Of a stretch of DNA of 64,000 nt, positions 48,212 to 57,732 are shown in pieces (positions within the stretch are counted from its first letter, which is position 1; the number at the start of each line of letters is the position of its first letter). A model generated the notes under the pieces. That model was not told the DNA's origin. It did not search any database and worked only from the letters and a program-made list of their open reading frames with translations. The DNA comes from an uncultured Ruminococcus sp. (lineage in GTDB: Bacteria > Bacillota > Clostridia > Oscillospirales > CAG-272). The DNA is taken from NCBI GenBank assembly GCA_964621755.1, contig CAZUPI010000006.1, positions 4,024-68,023 of the forward strand, read 5' to 3'. The translations under genes were made by a program, and so were the position numbers.

Positions 48212-49639
48212 TCACGCTTTCGTCCACGTAGTTCCCTCTTTGGTGTCCTTGAGCGTGATTCCCATAGCGGTGAGCTCGTTTCGAATTTCGTCAGCGAGCG
48301 TGTAGTTTTTCGCTTTTTTCGCTTCTGCACGTTTTGCAATAAGCTCTTCTACTTTTAACGCAAGTCCGTCGTCGACTTTTTCAGTTGACGTGATCGACGC
48401 TTCTGCACGAAGTTTTTCTGCGTTCTCAATGAGAGAAAGAGACAGAACCTTATCAAAATCTGCGATGAGTGCCAGTTTTGTGGCGTCGTTTGCGTCGGAT
48501 TTCAGAACGTCATACAGTGCGGTAACTGCCAGAGAGGTATTTAAGTCGTTGTCCATTGCTTCTACAAATCCGGCTTTCAGCGCCGCGAACTTTTCTGCGT
48601 CCACTTCCCCTTCATTTTTCAGTTGGCCGATTCTTTGGAGCAGCTTCGTGTATGCCGCTTTTGCGCCATCCATACCTTCATCGGAGAAGACCAGCGACTT
48701 GCGGTAATGGGACTGTAAGCAGAACAGACGGTATACGAGCGGAGAGTAGCCCCTCTTTTCGAGCACGTCGACTGTCAAGAATTCGCCGGACGATTTTGAC
48801 ATCTTTCCGCTGGTGGTATTCAGGTGCATTACGTGGAACCACTGTTTGCACCACGGGTGCCCGATGTATGCTTCGCTCTGCGCGATTTCATTGGTGTGAT
48901 GCGGGAACGCGTTGTCGATGCCGCCGCAGTGAAGGTCCAAGTATTCGCCGAGGTTCTTCAGGCTGATGGCAGAGCATTCGATGTGCCATCCCGGATAGCC
49001 AACGCCCCACGGGCTGTCCCATTTCAGCTCTTGGTCCTCAAATTTGGATTTTGTAAACCACAGCACAAAGTCGCATTTGTTGCGCTTTGCGGTATCCTCT
49101 TCGACTCCTTCACGGACGCCGACCTCAAGGTCCTCTGCGTCATGCTTATTGAATACGTAATACTCGTCGAGCTTGGAAGTATCGAAGTATACGTTGCCGC
49201 CGGAAACATAGGCGTACCCTTTATCGAGCAGTCCCTGCACCATTTTGATGAATTCGGGGATGTACGAGGTGGCGGGAACGACGACGTCGGGGGTCTTGAT
49301 GTTCAGGTCCTTGCAGTCGGCAAAGAACGCGTCGGTGTAGAACTTCGCGATTTCCATGACGGTCTTATGCTCACGCTTCGCACCTTTGAGCATTTTGTCC
49401 TCTCCCGTATCCGCGTCGCTCGTCAGGTGTCCGACGTCAGTGATGTTCATACAGCGTTTTACGTCGTATCCGGAGTAGCGGAGGTACTTTTCAAGAACGT
49501 CCTCCATGATGTATGAGCGGAGGTTCCCGATGTGTGCGAAATGGTAAACGGTAGGGCCGCAGGTGTACATTGTGACCTTACCCGGTTCATGTGTTACAAA
49601 CTCGTCTCGTGTATGAGTGAGGGTATTATAAAGCTTCAT
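48212..49639 (-). CDS. cysS: Cysteine--tRNA ligase
   Basis: MYTCGPTVYHFAHIGNLR (HIGH), KMSKSSG (KMSKS), 475 aa. Confidence 0.97.
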   Translation of the reverse strand: MKLYNTLTHTRDEFVTHEPGKVTMYTCGPTVYHFAHIGNLRSYIMEDVLEKYLRYSGYDVKRCMNITDVGHLTSDADTGEDKMLKGAKREHKTVMEIAKFYTDAFFADCKDLNIKTPDVVVPATSYIPEFIKMVQGLLDKGYAYVSGGNVYFDTSKLDEYYVFNKHDAEDLEVGVREGVEEDTAKRNKCDFVLWFTKSKFEDQELKWDSPWGVGYPGWHIECSAISLKNLGEYLDLHCGGIDNAFPHHTNEIAQSEAYIGHPWCKQWFHVMHLNTTSGKMSKSSGEFLTVDVLEKRGYSPLVYRLFCLQSHYRKSLVFSDEGMDGAKAAYTKLLQRIGQLKNEGEVDAEKFAALKAGFVEAMDNDLNTSLAVTALYDVLKSDANDATKLALIADFDKVLSLSLIENAEKLRAEASITSTEKVDDGLALKVEELIAKRAEAKKAKNYTLADEIRNELTAMGITLKDTKEGTTWTKA

Positions 49640-49676
49640 TTATTTCTGTCTCCTTTATTTTACATAGTTGTATAGT

Positions 49677-50741
49677 TTATTTTCTCTTTCCTTTTTTCTC
49701 ATTTTCTTCCCAACGTTCGGCAAGACGGTCGAGCTCCTCAGGGGTGATTTTTTCATCCGACTCCTGCAAACGGCGCACTTCGGCGATGATTTCCCGTTCG
49801 GTATCGTCGCGCGGCGTATGCTCGCCTACCGTATCGAGGACGTAATCGTAAAATGTAGGGCGGCGGATGAAGATGCGGTAGACGCAGAACAGGATTAGGA
49901 AAATCGACCCGGCATACAGCATAAAAGTAAGGGAGCCGTCGACCATTTCAAGCAGGTATGACGTGGCATTGAAACAGACATGGCAGATGATGCTGGGAAT
50001 AACCGAGTGAAATTTGTAATACATCAGAGAGAAAACCACGCCGAGCAAGGTCGCATATACAATGGCAATTGGCGTTCCGTGCGCAAGACCGAAGAGGACG
50101 GACGACAAGAGGACGGTGATGACCGTATTCATTCCGCGTGACAGTCTGGAATTGACAAGTCCGCGGAAGACGATTTCCTCTGTGATTCCGGTGATAACGG
50201 CGATGCTGAGAATTTCAATTATGATGTTGGCATTCCCATCTAAAGCCGAATATTGCTTTTCAAACGATTCAATCATGCTTTCAGGAAGCGGAAGCAGAGA
50301 CAGGGTAGTCGAAACGAAAACATTCAGCGCCACGCCGAACACGGCAAACGTGGGAAGCCTCAGCGAGTTGACACGCCGCAGCCCCAGCTCATCTATCGGA
50401 TTTTTCCGGCGCAGGTGAAGCGACAAGCAAATGATGAGGATGACGAGCAGATTCGAAATGAGTGAAATCATAACGGTCTGCGCAAGGACCTTGTCGGTAA
50501 TTTCCATCAATGTGTTTTCGTCCAGCACGCCGCTCACAAGGCTGCCCATCATCAGTGACATCATATATGCTGAAGTCACGGCATACTGACATCCAAGCAT
50601 AATAAGCACATAAAACAGTGCATGCAGAAACGCACGAAACGCCTTTATAAATTTGGATTTTTCTTTCGGCAGCGGCAGCCCGCAAACGATACAGTATTTT
50701 GCGCCTTCGTAATTGTCGGTCTGGCAGCGCGGACACTTCAT
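49677..50741 (-). CDS. CPBP family intramembrane glutamic endopeptidase with an N-terminal zinc-ribbon
   Basis: MKCPRCQTDNYEGAKYCIVCG. CPBP motifs ITEEIVFRG and FGLAHG, and a later CH..FN. 354 aa. Confidence 0.75.
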   Translation of the reverse strand: MKCPRCQTDNYEGAKYCIVCGLPLPKEKSKFIKAFRAFLHALFYVLIMLGCQYAVTSAYMMSLMMGSLVSGVLDENTLMEITDKVLAQTVMISLISNLLVILIICLSLHLRRKNPIDELGLRRVNSLRLPTFAVFGVALNVFVSTTLSLLPLPESMIESFEKQYSALDGNANIIIEILSIAVITGITEEIVFRGLVNSRLSRGMNTVITVLLSSVLFGLAHGTPIAIVYATLLGVVFSLMYYKFHSVIPSIICHVCFNATSYLLEMVDGSLTFMLYAGSIFLILFCVYRIFIRRPTFYDYVLDTVGEHTPRDDTEREIIAEVRRLQESDEKITPEELDRLAERWEENEKKGKRK

Positions 50742-50774
50742 AGAATCACCTCCGAATGACGTGGAATCGCTCTC

Positions 50775-51494
50775 TCATTTTTCTGATTTTTGAATTTTCT
50801 CCTCAAGCTGGCGCACCTCTTCCCAGACTGCCTTTAGCTCGTTTTCGACTGGGTCGGGAATATTCACCTGGTCAAGGTAATCCTCAGATTTTACCCTCTC
50901 TCCATCGCGGCGCACCACATGAGCCGGAATTCCGACTGCGGTACTGTTTTCCGGAACATCTTTGAGGACCACCGCACCTGCAGCGATTTTGGTGTTCGAA
51001 CCGACCGTAAAGTTTCCAAGCAGCTTTGCGCCCGCCCCAACCATTACGTTGTCACCAAGGGTCGGATGGCGTTTTCCCGTCTCTTTACCGGTACCGCCGA
51101 GCGTAACCCCTTGATATATCGTACAGTTATTGCCGATTATCGCGGTTTCGCCGATAACGACGCCAGAACCGTGGTCGATAAACAGACCCTTTCCAATCGT
51201 AGCGCCCGGATGGATTTCAATCCCGGTCAGGAATTTTGCAAGCTGTGAGACTGCCCGCGCGCCGAGCTTCAGCCCATGTTTGTTCATCGCGTGAGACAGA
51301 CGGTACATCATCAGCGCATGAAGTCCCGAATAGAGAAGGAGAACTTCCATACGTGATGTTGCGGCAGGGTCCCGTTCACAAATAGCGTCAATATCACGGT
51401 TTATTTCCTTCACCGCGCAGTAAATCGCCTTTCCTACCGCAGTCTCAAGCGTTATCGTAATATGATGCTTCGGCTTTTCTATTTTTTTATTCAT
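50775..51494 (-). CDS. cysE: Serine O-acetyltransferase
   Basis: Hexapeptide-repeat LbH domain (GIEIHPGATIGKGLFIDHGSGVVIGETA...), SAT N-terminal helices. Confidence 0.9.
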   Translation of the reverse strand: MNKKIEKPKHHITITLETAVGKAIYCAVKEINRDIDAICERDPAATSRMEVLLLYSGLHALMMYRLSHAMNKHGLKLGARAVSQLAKFLTGIEIHPGATIGKGLFIDHGSGVVIGETAIIGNNCTIYQGVTLGGTGKETGKRHPTLGDNVMVGAGAKLLGNFTVGSNTKIAAGAVVLKDVPENSTAVGIPAHVVRRDGERVKSEDYLDQVNIPDPVENELKAVWEEVRQLEEKIQKSEK

Positions 51495-51516
51495 AAAACC
51501 TCACCTTTATATGTGT

Positions 51517-51752
51517 AAAATAAAAAGTCCCCATCGCGCCAACAACTATGTACATTTCGCGTCGGCACAACAGAGGCGTATATCGCGGTTCCACTCTGAT
51601 TTATCGCTCAATGTCTGTAACGCTGACACGCGGGCGAGGTGCAAGCCACACCGGACTCACGGATGCACATGATAGAGTGTCAATCATGCTGCTTTCAGCC
51701 GCCGGCAGCAATCTCTTTCTCATGACAATACCTCTTTTTCTTTCCGCTCAAC
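51517..51752 (-). promoter_or_regulatory. T-box leader (cysteine-specific) upstream of cysE-CPBP-cysS
   Basis: The minus strand reads AGAGTGGAACCGCG (51597..51584), matching the T-box core. UGGA would pair with the UCCA end of tRNA-Cys (discriminator U73). The Stem I start GTTGAGCGGAAAGAAAAAGAGGTATTG resembles known leaders. The candidate specifier is UGC-A in ...CATGTGCATCC. A U-tract lies at 51527..51517. Confidence 0.75.
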
Positions 51753-51948
51753 GTCCTTTTGTTCTTTTACTTTTTATTGTTAAAAACCCGGGGAGGATTT
51801 CGAACATCGAATTTCCGTTACTATACATTATATAACATTGGGGCAGAAAAGTAAACAGATATTTTGAAATTTTATATTTTGAAAAAATATATTCACGAAA
51901 AAGCATGTTATTCCGGCGTATTTGTGTTATAATATATGTGTATGCCAA

Positions 51949-52605
51949 TTATTTCTTAATTGTCAGAATATAGCCTTCGCCGCGAACCGCTGAAAGAACG
52001 CCGTCGCCGAAGACCGGCGTCAGCTTGCGGCGCAGATAACTGATATACACGTCGGTGACGTTTGTGGATGTGCTGCTTCCCCATACCGCCGCGTCAATCA
52101 GTTCCCGCGATACCACTTTACCGCAATTCTCGTACAACAGACGGAAGAGCTCATCCTCACGCGCCGTCAGCTTTGCCGTGCGGCCGCGATAAGTGACGGT
52201 GCGGTTTTCGTACAATATTTCGCAGTTCGCACCCTTTGCGTCAGACATGTTTGTACCCGCAGGGTTAGATTGGATTTCCAACGCTGCCGTGTAGAATTCG
52301 GTAAGGTCAATCGGTCTGCGTATAGCGCGGTATCTGCCGGCGAAAACAGATGCCATACTGCGGTGTTCTGGAGAGTACGCATAGCGGTCGTCATCGTACA
52401 GCGCGATAACCGCGTTATACGTTGTATGTATTTGCGGAAGGATAGCGGCATCCGCTACGAGAAGCGTACCTTCTACAGTTATACTGCCGCAGCAGTGGGC
52501 GAGTACGGCGCACAGCATCGCATCTATTTTTTCGTCCCCGGTATCGCAGATGTAGTTCATATTATGCCTCGACTGTTTGCAAATTTTCTCACTTAATGAT
52601 ATCAC
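51949..52605 (-). CDS. OmpR/PhoB-type winged-helix transcriptional regulator with an atypical N-terminal domain
   Basis: The C-terminus ...LTAREDELFRLLYEN.GKVVSRELI...VW....STNVTDVYISYLRRKL...L..VRGEGY is Trans_reg_C-like. The N-terminal roughly 110 aa lack the canonical DD...D...K receiver signature. Confidence 0.65.
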   Translation of the reverse strand: MISLSEKICKQSRHNMNYICDTGDEKIDAMLCAVLAHCCGSITVEGTLLVADAAILPQIHTTYNAVIALYDDDRYAYSPEHRSMASVFAGRYRAIRRPIDLTEFYTAALEIQSNPAGTNMSDAKGANCEILYENRTVTYRGRTAKLTAREDELFRLLYENCGKVVSRELIDAAVWGSSTSTNVTDVYISYLRRKLTPVFGDGVLSAVRGEGYILTIKK

Positions 52606-52650
52606 AAACTGGCATTTTAGTCAACCGTTCTGCAAATTTGGAGATTTGAC

Positions 52651-53190
52651 ATGGACCTCAACACCCTTCTGCCCGCGTATATCACACGCGGCAAAACCTG
52701 CTGTTTCACCGGGCACCGCCAGATTCCGCCCGACCTTCGCGACGACATCACCAACGCCGTCAGGCGCAGAATCAAAATACTGTACCAAAGCGGGTACCGT
52801 TACTTCATGGCCGGAGGCGCCATTGGTTTCGATATGCTTGCGGAGCTTGAAGTCTTGCGCGCGGCAAAGTACGACCCAACTATACAGTTGATTCTCGTAC
52901 TCCCTTGCTACAATCAAACTGCAAAGTGGAGCACCCTTCCGGACTATCTTCAACTCATCCGCACCTACAAGCAAATCTCCGGACTCGCGGCTCACGTCGT
53001 CTACACCAGCCTATTCTACAATGACACTTGCATGAAAATCCGCAACCAGTATATGGTCGACCACTCCTCCGCTTGCATCGCCTACTATAACGGCAAATCA
53101 CACAGCGGAACCGGTCAGACAGTCCGCATGGCAGAGTCAAATGAACTCTCCGTTTACAACATCATAAAAGACCTCCCAGCAGCGGAATAA
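52651..53190 (+). CDS. DUF1273 / YpsA-like SLOG family protein
   Basis: CCFTGHRQIP...YFMAGGAIGFDMLAELEVL...ILVLPC pattern, 179 aa. Confidence 0.7.
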   Translation: MDLNTLLPAYITRGKTCCFTGHRQIPPDLRDDITNAVRRRIKILYQSGYRYFMAGGAIGFDMLAELEVLRAAKYDPTIQLILVLPCYNQTAKWSTLPDYLQLIRTYKQISGLAAHVVYTSLFYNDTCMKIRNQYMVDHSSACIAYYNGKSHSGTGQTVRMAESNELSVYNIIKDLPAAE

Positions 53191-53280
53191 TCCCTCTCCC
53201 CGATTCAAAAAAGGTCAAGGGTCCGGAACTCCGGCATCACACTGCCCAAAATTCAATTTATATAAAGGATTAACAAACTT

Positions 53281-54927
53281 ATGAAAACACTCACTCCTCA
53301 CAATGGTTTTAAAGGCGTGCGTCCTGTACTGACAGTTGTCATGGACGGCGTCGGCATCGCCCCCGATTCGGAAGCAAATGCGGTCAAACTCGCCCGAACC
53401 CCCACACTCGACATGCTCATGTCAAACTATCCTACTGTCACCCTCAAGGCGCACGGTACCGCAGTCGGTCTTCCGTCTGACGACGACATGGGCAACTCCG
53501 AGGTAGGCCACAACGCGCTCGGAAGCGGTCAGGTTTTCGCACAGGGCGCAAAGCTCGTTTCCGCAAGCATTGATTCCGGTAAGATGTTCACATCCGACAC
53601 ATGGAAACAGCTCGTGAGCGGCGCGAAGGAAGGTCATACGCTCCATTTTATCGGTCTGTTCTCCGACGGTAATGTCCACAGCCACATTGACCACCTCAAA
53701 GCCATGTTGACAGAAGCAAAGGCCGAAGGCGTTCAGAAAATCCGCATTCACATTCTTCTCGACGGCCGTGACGTAGGGGAAACCTCCGCACTTGAGTACG
53801 TGGAACCGTTTGAAACCTTCATTGCCGGTCTGTCCGACGGCACATGCGACGTAAAAATCGCCTCCGGCGGCGGACGTATGGTCGTCACCATGGACCGTTA
53901 CGAAGCAAACTGGGCAATGGTCGACCTCGGCTGGAAGACGCACGTACTGGGTGAGGGCAGATATTTCGCATCCGCAAAGGAAGCCATCGAAACACTCCGC
54001 AGCGAGACGCACGCGATTGACCAGGACCTTCCTCCGTTCGTAATTGCAGAAGATGGCAAGCCGGTCGGCGCCATTGAAGACGGCGACAGCGTCGTTTTCT
54101 ACAACTTCCGCGGCGACCGTGCCATTGAAATCTCCAAAGCATTCGAGGGCGGCGCTGACTTTGATAAATTCGACCGCAAGAGAGTCCCCGCTGTCACCTA
54201 TGCCGGTATGCTCGAATACGACGGCGACCTACACATTCCGTCGAAATATCTCGTTTCCCCGCCGGAAATCACGAATACAATGGGCGAATACCTCGCTGAC
54301 ATGAAGATTTCCCAGTTTGCCATTTCCGAAACGCAGAAGTACGGTCACGTGACATACTTCTGGAACGGCAACCGTAGCGGCAAATTCTCCGAAGAGTACG
54401 AAACTTACGAGGAAATCCCCTCCGACATCGTACCGTTTGAACAGCGCCCGTGGATGAAGTGCGCGGAAATTACCGACCGCCTCATCGAAGCACTTGAGTC
54501 CGGTAAGTACGACTGCCTGCGCGTCAACTTCCCGAACGGAGACATGGTAGGACATACCGGAAGCTTGGAAGCGACAATCTGCGGTCTGGAGGCACTTGAC
54601 TTACAGCTCGCACGCATTCTTGCAGCAGTCGACAAGGTAGGGGGCGTTGCGCTCATCACCGCCGACCACGGCAATGCGGACGAAATGGCAGAGCTCGATA
54701 AGAAGACAAAAGCCATCAAGCGCAACAAGGACGGCTCTATGAAGTCAAAGACAAGCCACACACTCAATCCTGTGCCGTTCATCATTTACGACAAGGTCAC
54801 AAGCAGCGCATACACTGTAAAGAAAGACGGCGCGTTCGGTCTGTCCAATGTTGCAGCGACCGTGGTAAACTTCCTCGGCTACGATGCTCCTGAAATGTGG
54901 GATGAATCAATCATTGATTTGAAATAA
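53281..54927 (+). CDS. gpmI: 2,3-bisphosphoglycerate-independent phosphoglycerate mutase (long form)
   Basis: VVMDGVGI, MGNSEVGHNALG (catalytic Ser), ITADHGNA, 548 aa. Confidence 0.92.
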   Translation: MKTLTPHNGFKGVRPVLTVVMDGVGIAPDSEANAVKLARTPTLDMLMSNYPTVTLKAHGTAVGLPSDDDMGNSEVGHNALGSGQVFAQGAKLVSASIDSGKMFTSDTWKQLVSGAKEGHTLHFIGLFSDGNVHSHIDHLKAMLTEAKAEGVQKIRIHILLDGRDVGETSALEYVEPFETFIAGLSDGTCDVKIASGGGRMVVTMDRYEANWAMVDLGWKTHVLGEGRYFASAKEAIETLRSETHAIDQDLPPFVIAEDGKPVGAIEDGDSVVFYNFRGDRAIEISKAFEGGADFDKFDRKRVPAVTYAGMLEYDGDLHIPSKYLVSPPEITNTMGEYLADMKISQFAISETQKYGHVTYFWNGNRSGKFSEEYETYEEIPSDIVPFEQRPWMKCAEITDRLIEALESGKYDCLRVNFPNGDMVGHTGSLEATICGLEALDLQLARILAAVDKVGGVALITADHGNADEMAELDKKTKAIKRNKDGSMKSKTSHTLNPVPFIIYDKVTSSAYTVKKDGAFGLSNVAATVVNFLGYDAPEMWDESIIDLK

Positions 54928-54941
54928 ATTTTGGGGAGGTT

Positions 54942-54979
54942 CTCGAGGAAAACTTTTTTTCAAAAAAGTTTTCCTCGAG
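54942..54979 (+). repeat. Intergenic repeat family copy E6 (hairpin only)
   Basis: CTCGAGGAAAACTTTTTTTCAAAAAAGTTTTCCTCGAG. It shares the AAAACTTTTTT/AAAAAAGTTTT core with E2 and E4. Confidence 0.65.
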
Positions 54980-54991
54980 TTTTCTGTTGAT

Positions 54992-55813
54992 ATGTTTTTT
55001 CAAGACGGTATCTTGCGAAAATCCTCTTTGTTCGATGTTTTTACAAGGGTTTGTCACGGATTTTCCGCACGCGAAGGCGGCGTCAGTACGCTATCCCATA
55101 CAGCGACGCTGAATCTCGCCAAAAATCTTGGAGACGACGATGAGACCGTAGTAAAAAATACGGAAATATTCGCCCGCGCATTGTCCGGCGGTACATACGG
55201 TGTAGAGTCGGTCGTCATGGCATCTCAGATCCATTCGGCAAAGGTGCGCATTCTGACGCGCGAAAACTGCGGCGAAGGGGGAATTTTTCCACCAGGCGAA
55301 CCGTGCGACGGATTTGTAACAGACGAGCGCGGGGTCATGCCGATAGTGCGGACCGCCGACTGTGTGCCGATTCTGCTGTGCGGTGTCAAAAAAGACGGCG
55401 CTCCTGTAATCGGCGCGGTTCATGCGGGATGGCGCGGAACCGTTTCCGGTATTGCCGCGGAAGCGGTGCGCGCGATGATATCGCTCGGATGCGGCGTCAC
55501 GACCATTCGGGCGGCAATTGGCGCGCATATCGGATACTGCTGCTATGAGGTGGGCGAAGATTTTTATGAAACGGTACGCGGGCTATGCGGGGCGGATTTT
55601 GCGGCGCGGCATGTGACGATTCCCACAGGCGAAACCAAGCATCACGCCAACCTTACGTCCATGAATCTTGAAATTCTCGCGGATGCGGGCGTAATGCCGG
55701 AAAATATCGACGCGTCCGAGGACTGCACAATGTGTCTGTGCGGCACGTACTACTCCCATCGCGCGACAGGCGGACGCCGCGGCGTCATGGGCGCAGGAAT
55801 TGTCATACGGTAA
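54992..55813 (+). CDS. pgeF: Peptidoglycan editing factor PgeF / YfiH (DUF152, laccase-domain) family
   Basis: ...QIHSAKV..., DGFVTDE, RTADCVPILL, AVHAGWRGT motifs. Confidence 0.85.
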   Translation: MFFQDGILRKSSLFDVFTRVCHGFSAREGGVSTLSHTATLNLAKNLGDDDETVVKNTEIFARALSGGTYGVESVVMASQIHSAKVRILTRENCGEGGIFPPGEPCDGFVTDERGVMPIVRTADCVPILLCGVKKDGAPVIGAVHAGWRGTVSGIAAEAVRAMISLGCGVTTIRAAIGAHIGYCCYEVGEDFYETVRGLCGADFAARHVTIPTGETKHHANLTSMNLEILADAGVMPENIDASEDCTMCLCGTYYSHRATGGRRGVMGAGIVIR

Positions 55814-55978
55814 ACGACCGGAATTCTTTATTTTCAACAATAATTTGTTTCATTATCACATAAAAAACACATAAGACCCACGTAAAAGTGGAGTTGTTCA
55901 AGATTTATTTATAATTCTGTGATATAATCTATAAATAAAACATCCGCACAACATCAACCGGAAGGACAATATTTCCAT

Positions 55979-56914
55979 ATGATTGAAATAAACAATCTTG
56001 TAAAAAACTACGGCGCCAAGTTTGCCGTAGACGACATCAGCTTCAAGGTCGGCAAGGGTGAGATCGTGGGATTTCTCGGCCCGAATGGCGCGGGAAAATC
56101 GACCACGATGAACATTCTGACGGGGTATCTCTCCTCAACGTCCGGAGAAGCAAAGGTTGGCGGCATCGACATTCTCGAAAATCCGAACGAGGCGAAAAAA
56201 CTCATCGGATTCCTGCCTGAGCAGCCGCCGCTGTACGTTGACATGACTGTCGACGAATATCTGAACTTTGTATACGAAATCAAGAACTGCAAGCTGAACC
56301 GGGAACGGCACATTGCGGAAATACGTCAAGTGACAAAGATTGACGACGTACGCCGCCGGCTTATCAAAAATCTGTCCAAGGGATACCGGCAGCGTGTCGG
56401 CATCGCACAGGCACTTGTGGGCAATCCTCCGGTGATTATTTTCGACGAGCCCACGGTCGGCCTCGACCCAAAGCAGATTATCGAAATCCGCAACCTCATC
56501 CGAAATCTCGGTCAGACGCACACCGTGATTCTGTCGACGCACATCCTGTCCGAAGTTCAGTCGGTATGCGACCGGATCATCATCATCAACGAGGGCAAGA
56601 TTATCGCGGACGAGCGCACGGAAAACATCACACGCGTGGTGGAAGAAAACCGCCGCTACAGCCTCAAAATCTGCGGACCGCAGCGCGAAATCCAGAATCT
56701 GATAAAATCCATCCCGGGCGTTATTTCCATCGACCTGACGGGAGAGCGCGAGCTTGACAGCTACACATACGTTGTCGAAGCAGAGCGCGGCGTAGACATC
56801 CGCAAGCCGGTCTTCTACGCGCTCAGCGAGAAAAACTACCCGCTCATCGGCATGGAGCCCCTCGGCATGAATCTCGAAGAAGTGTTCATCAAAATTATGG
56901 ACATGGGGAAGTAA
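55979..56914 (+). CDS. ABC transporter ATP-binding protein (operon 2)
   Basis: GPNGAGKSTTMNILTG, LSKGYRQRVGIAQAL, VIIFDEPTVGLDP. Close paralog of ORF 5657..6823 without the tail. Confidence 0.9.
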   Translation: MIEINNLVKNYGAKFAVDDISFKVGKGEIVGFLGPNGAGKSTTMNILTGYLSSTSGEAKVGGIDILENPNEAKKLIGFLPEQPPLYVDMTVDEYLNFVYEIKNCKLNRERHIAEIRQVTKIDDVRRRLIKNLSKGYRQRVGIAQALVGNPPVIIFDEPTVGLDPKQIIEIRNLIRNLGQTHTVILSTHILSEVQSVCDRIIIINEGKIIADERTENITRVVEENRRYSLKICGPQREIQNLIKSIPGVISIDLTGERELDSYTYVVEAERGVDIRKPVFYALSEKNYPLIGMEPLGMNLEEVFIKIMDMGK

Positions 56915-56930
56915 TGAAAAAATTCTTGTT

Positions 56931-56975
56931 CCCTGTGGGAAAACTTTCCCCAAAAATCCCTCTCCGCTTTCCTTA
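56931..56975 (+). repeat. Possible collapsed/degenerate copy of the repeat family between ATPase and permease genes
   Basis: CCCTGTGGGAAAACTTTCCCCAAAAATCCCTCTCC: a short GGGAA/TTCCC hairpin plus a CAAAAA box-like tail. Confidence 0.35.
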
Positions 56976-57003
56976 TATTTAAATTAAAAAGAGAGTTCGA
57001 ATT

Positions 57004-57708
57004 ATGTTTGCTATTTACAAAAAAGAAATGCGCGGGTACTTTACTACCCCGCTCGGATATGTGTTCATCGCGGTATTTCTCGCGGTATCGGGATTCATAT
57101 TCGCCGTCAGCACGTTCCAGTCCAGCACTTCGGATGTATCCGGTTACTTCCAGCTCATGATTTTCGGCTACATTGTTATCGTTCCCCTGCTCACCATGCG
57201 CAGCTTCGCGGAAGAACGCCGCACACGAACAGAGCAGCTCCTTCTGACCGCCCCTGTTTCTATCACGGGAATGATTCTGGCAAAATTCCTCGCGGCGTTT
57301 ACCATGTTCGCGGGCACCGTGCTTTTGAGCTGCGTATACTACCTTCCCCTGTTCGGCTATGGCGAGCCAAACGTCGGCAAGGCAATCGGATGTCTCATCG
57401 CGATGCTTCTGATTGGTATGTGCTTCATCTCGGTCGGCATCTTCGTATCCACCCTCACCGAAAGCGCCGTTACCGCGTCCATCGGCACCATGGCTATCCT
57501 GCTCGCCTTCGCCGTTGCCGCTATCTTCAACAATCTCATCGACGCATATGCGATTCGGTACATCCTCAGCTGGATTTCCGTATATTCCCGTTACGTCAAC
57601 TTCACAAACGGCATTTTCGATATTGCCGCAACCGTATACTACCTCTCGATTTCCGCGGTCTTCCTCTTCCTTTCCGTCCGCATGTACGAGAGAAGACGCT
57701 ATGCGTAA
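57004..57708 (+). CDS. ABC-2 family transporter permease (operon 2)
   Basis: 234 aa, about 6 TM segments, N-terminus parallel to ORF 4776..5639. Confidence 0.8.
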   Translation: MFAIYKKEMRGYFTTPLGYVFIAVFLAVSGFIFAVSTFQSSTSDVSGYFQLMIFGYIVIVPLLTMRSFAEERRTRTEQLLLTAPVSITGMILAKFLAAFTMFAGTVLLSCVYYLPLFGYGEPNVGKAIGCLIAMLLIGMCFISVGIFVSTLTESAVTASIGTMAILLAFAVAAIFNNLIDAYAIRYILSWISVYSRYVNFTNGIFDIAATVYYLSISAVFLFLSVRMYERRRYA

Positions 57709-57732
57709 TTGCACAGGGCGGAGGAATAAAAC

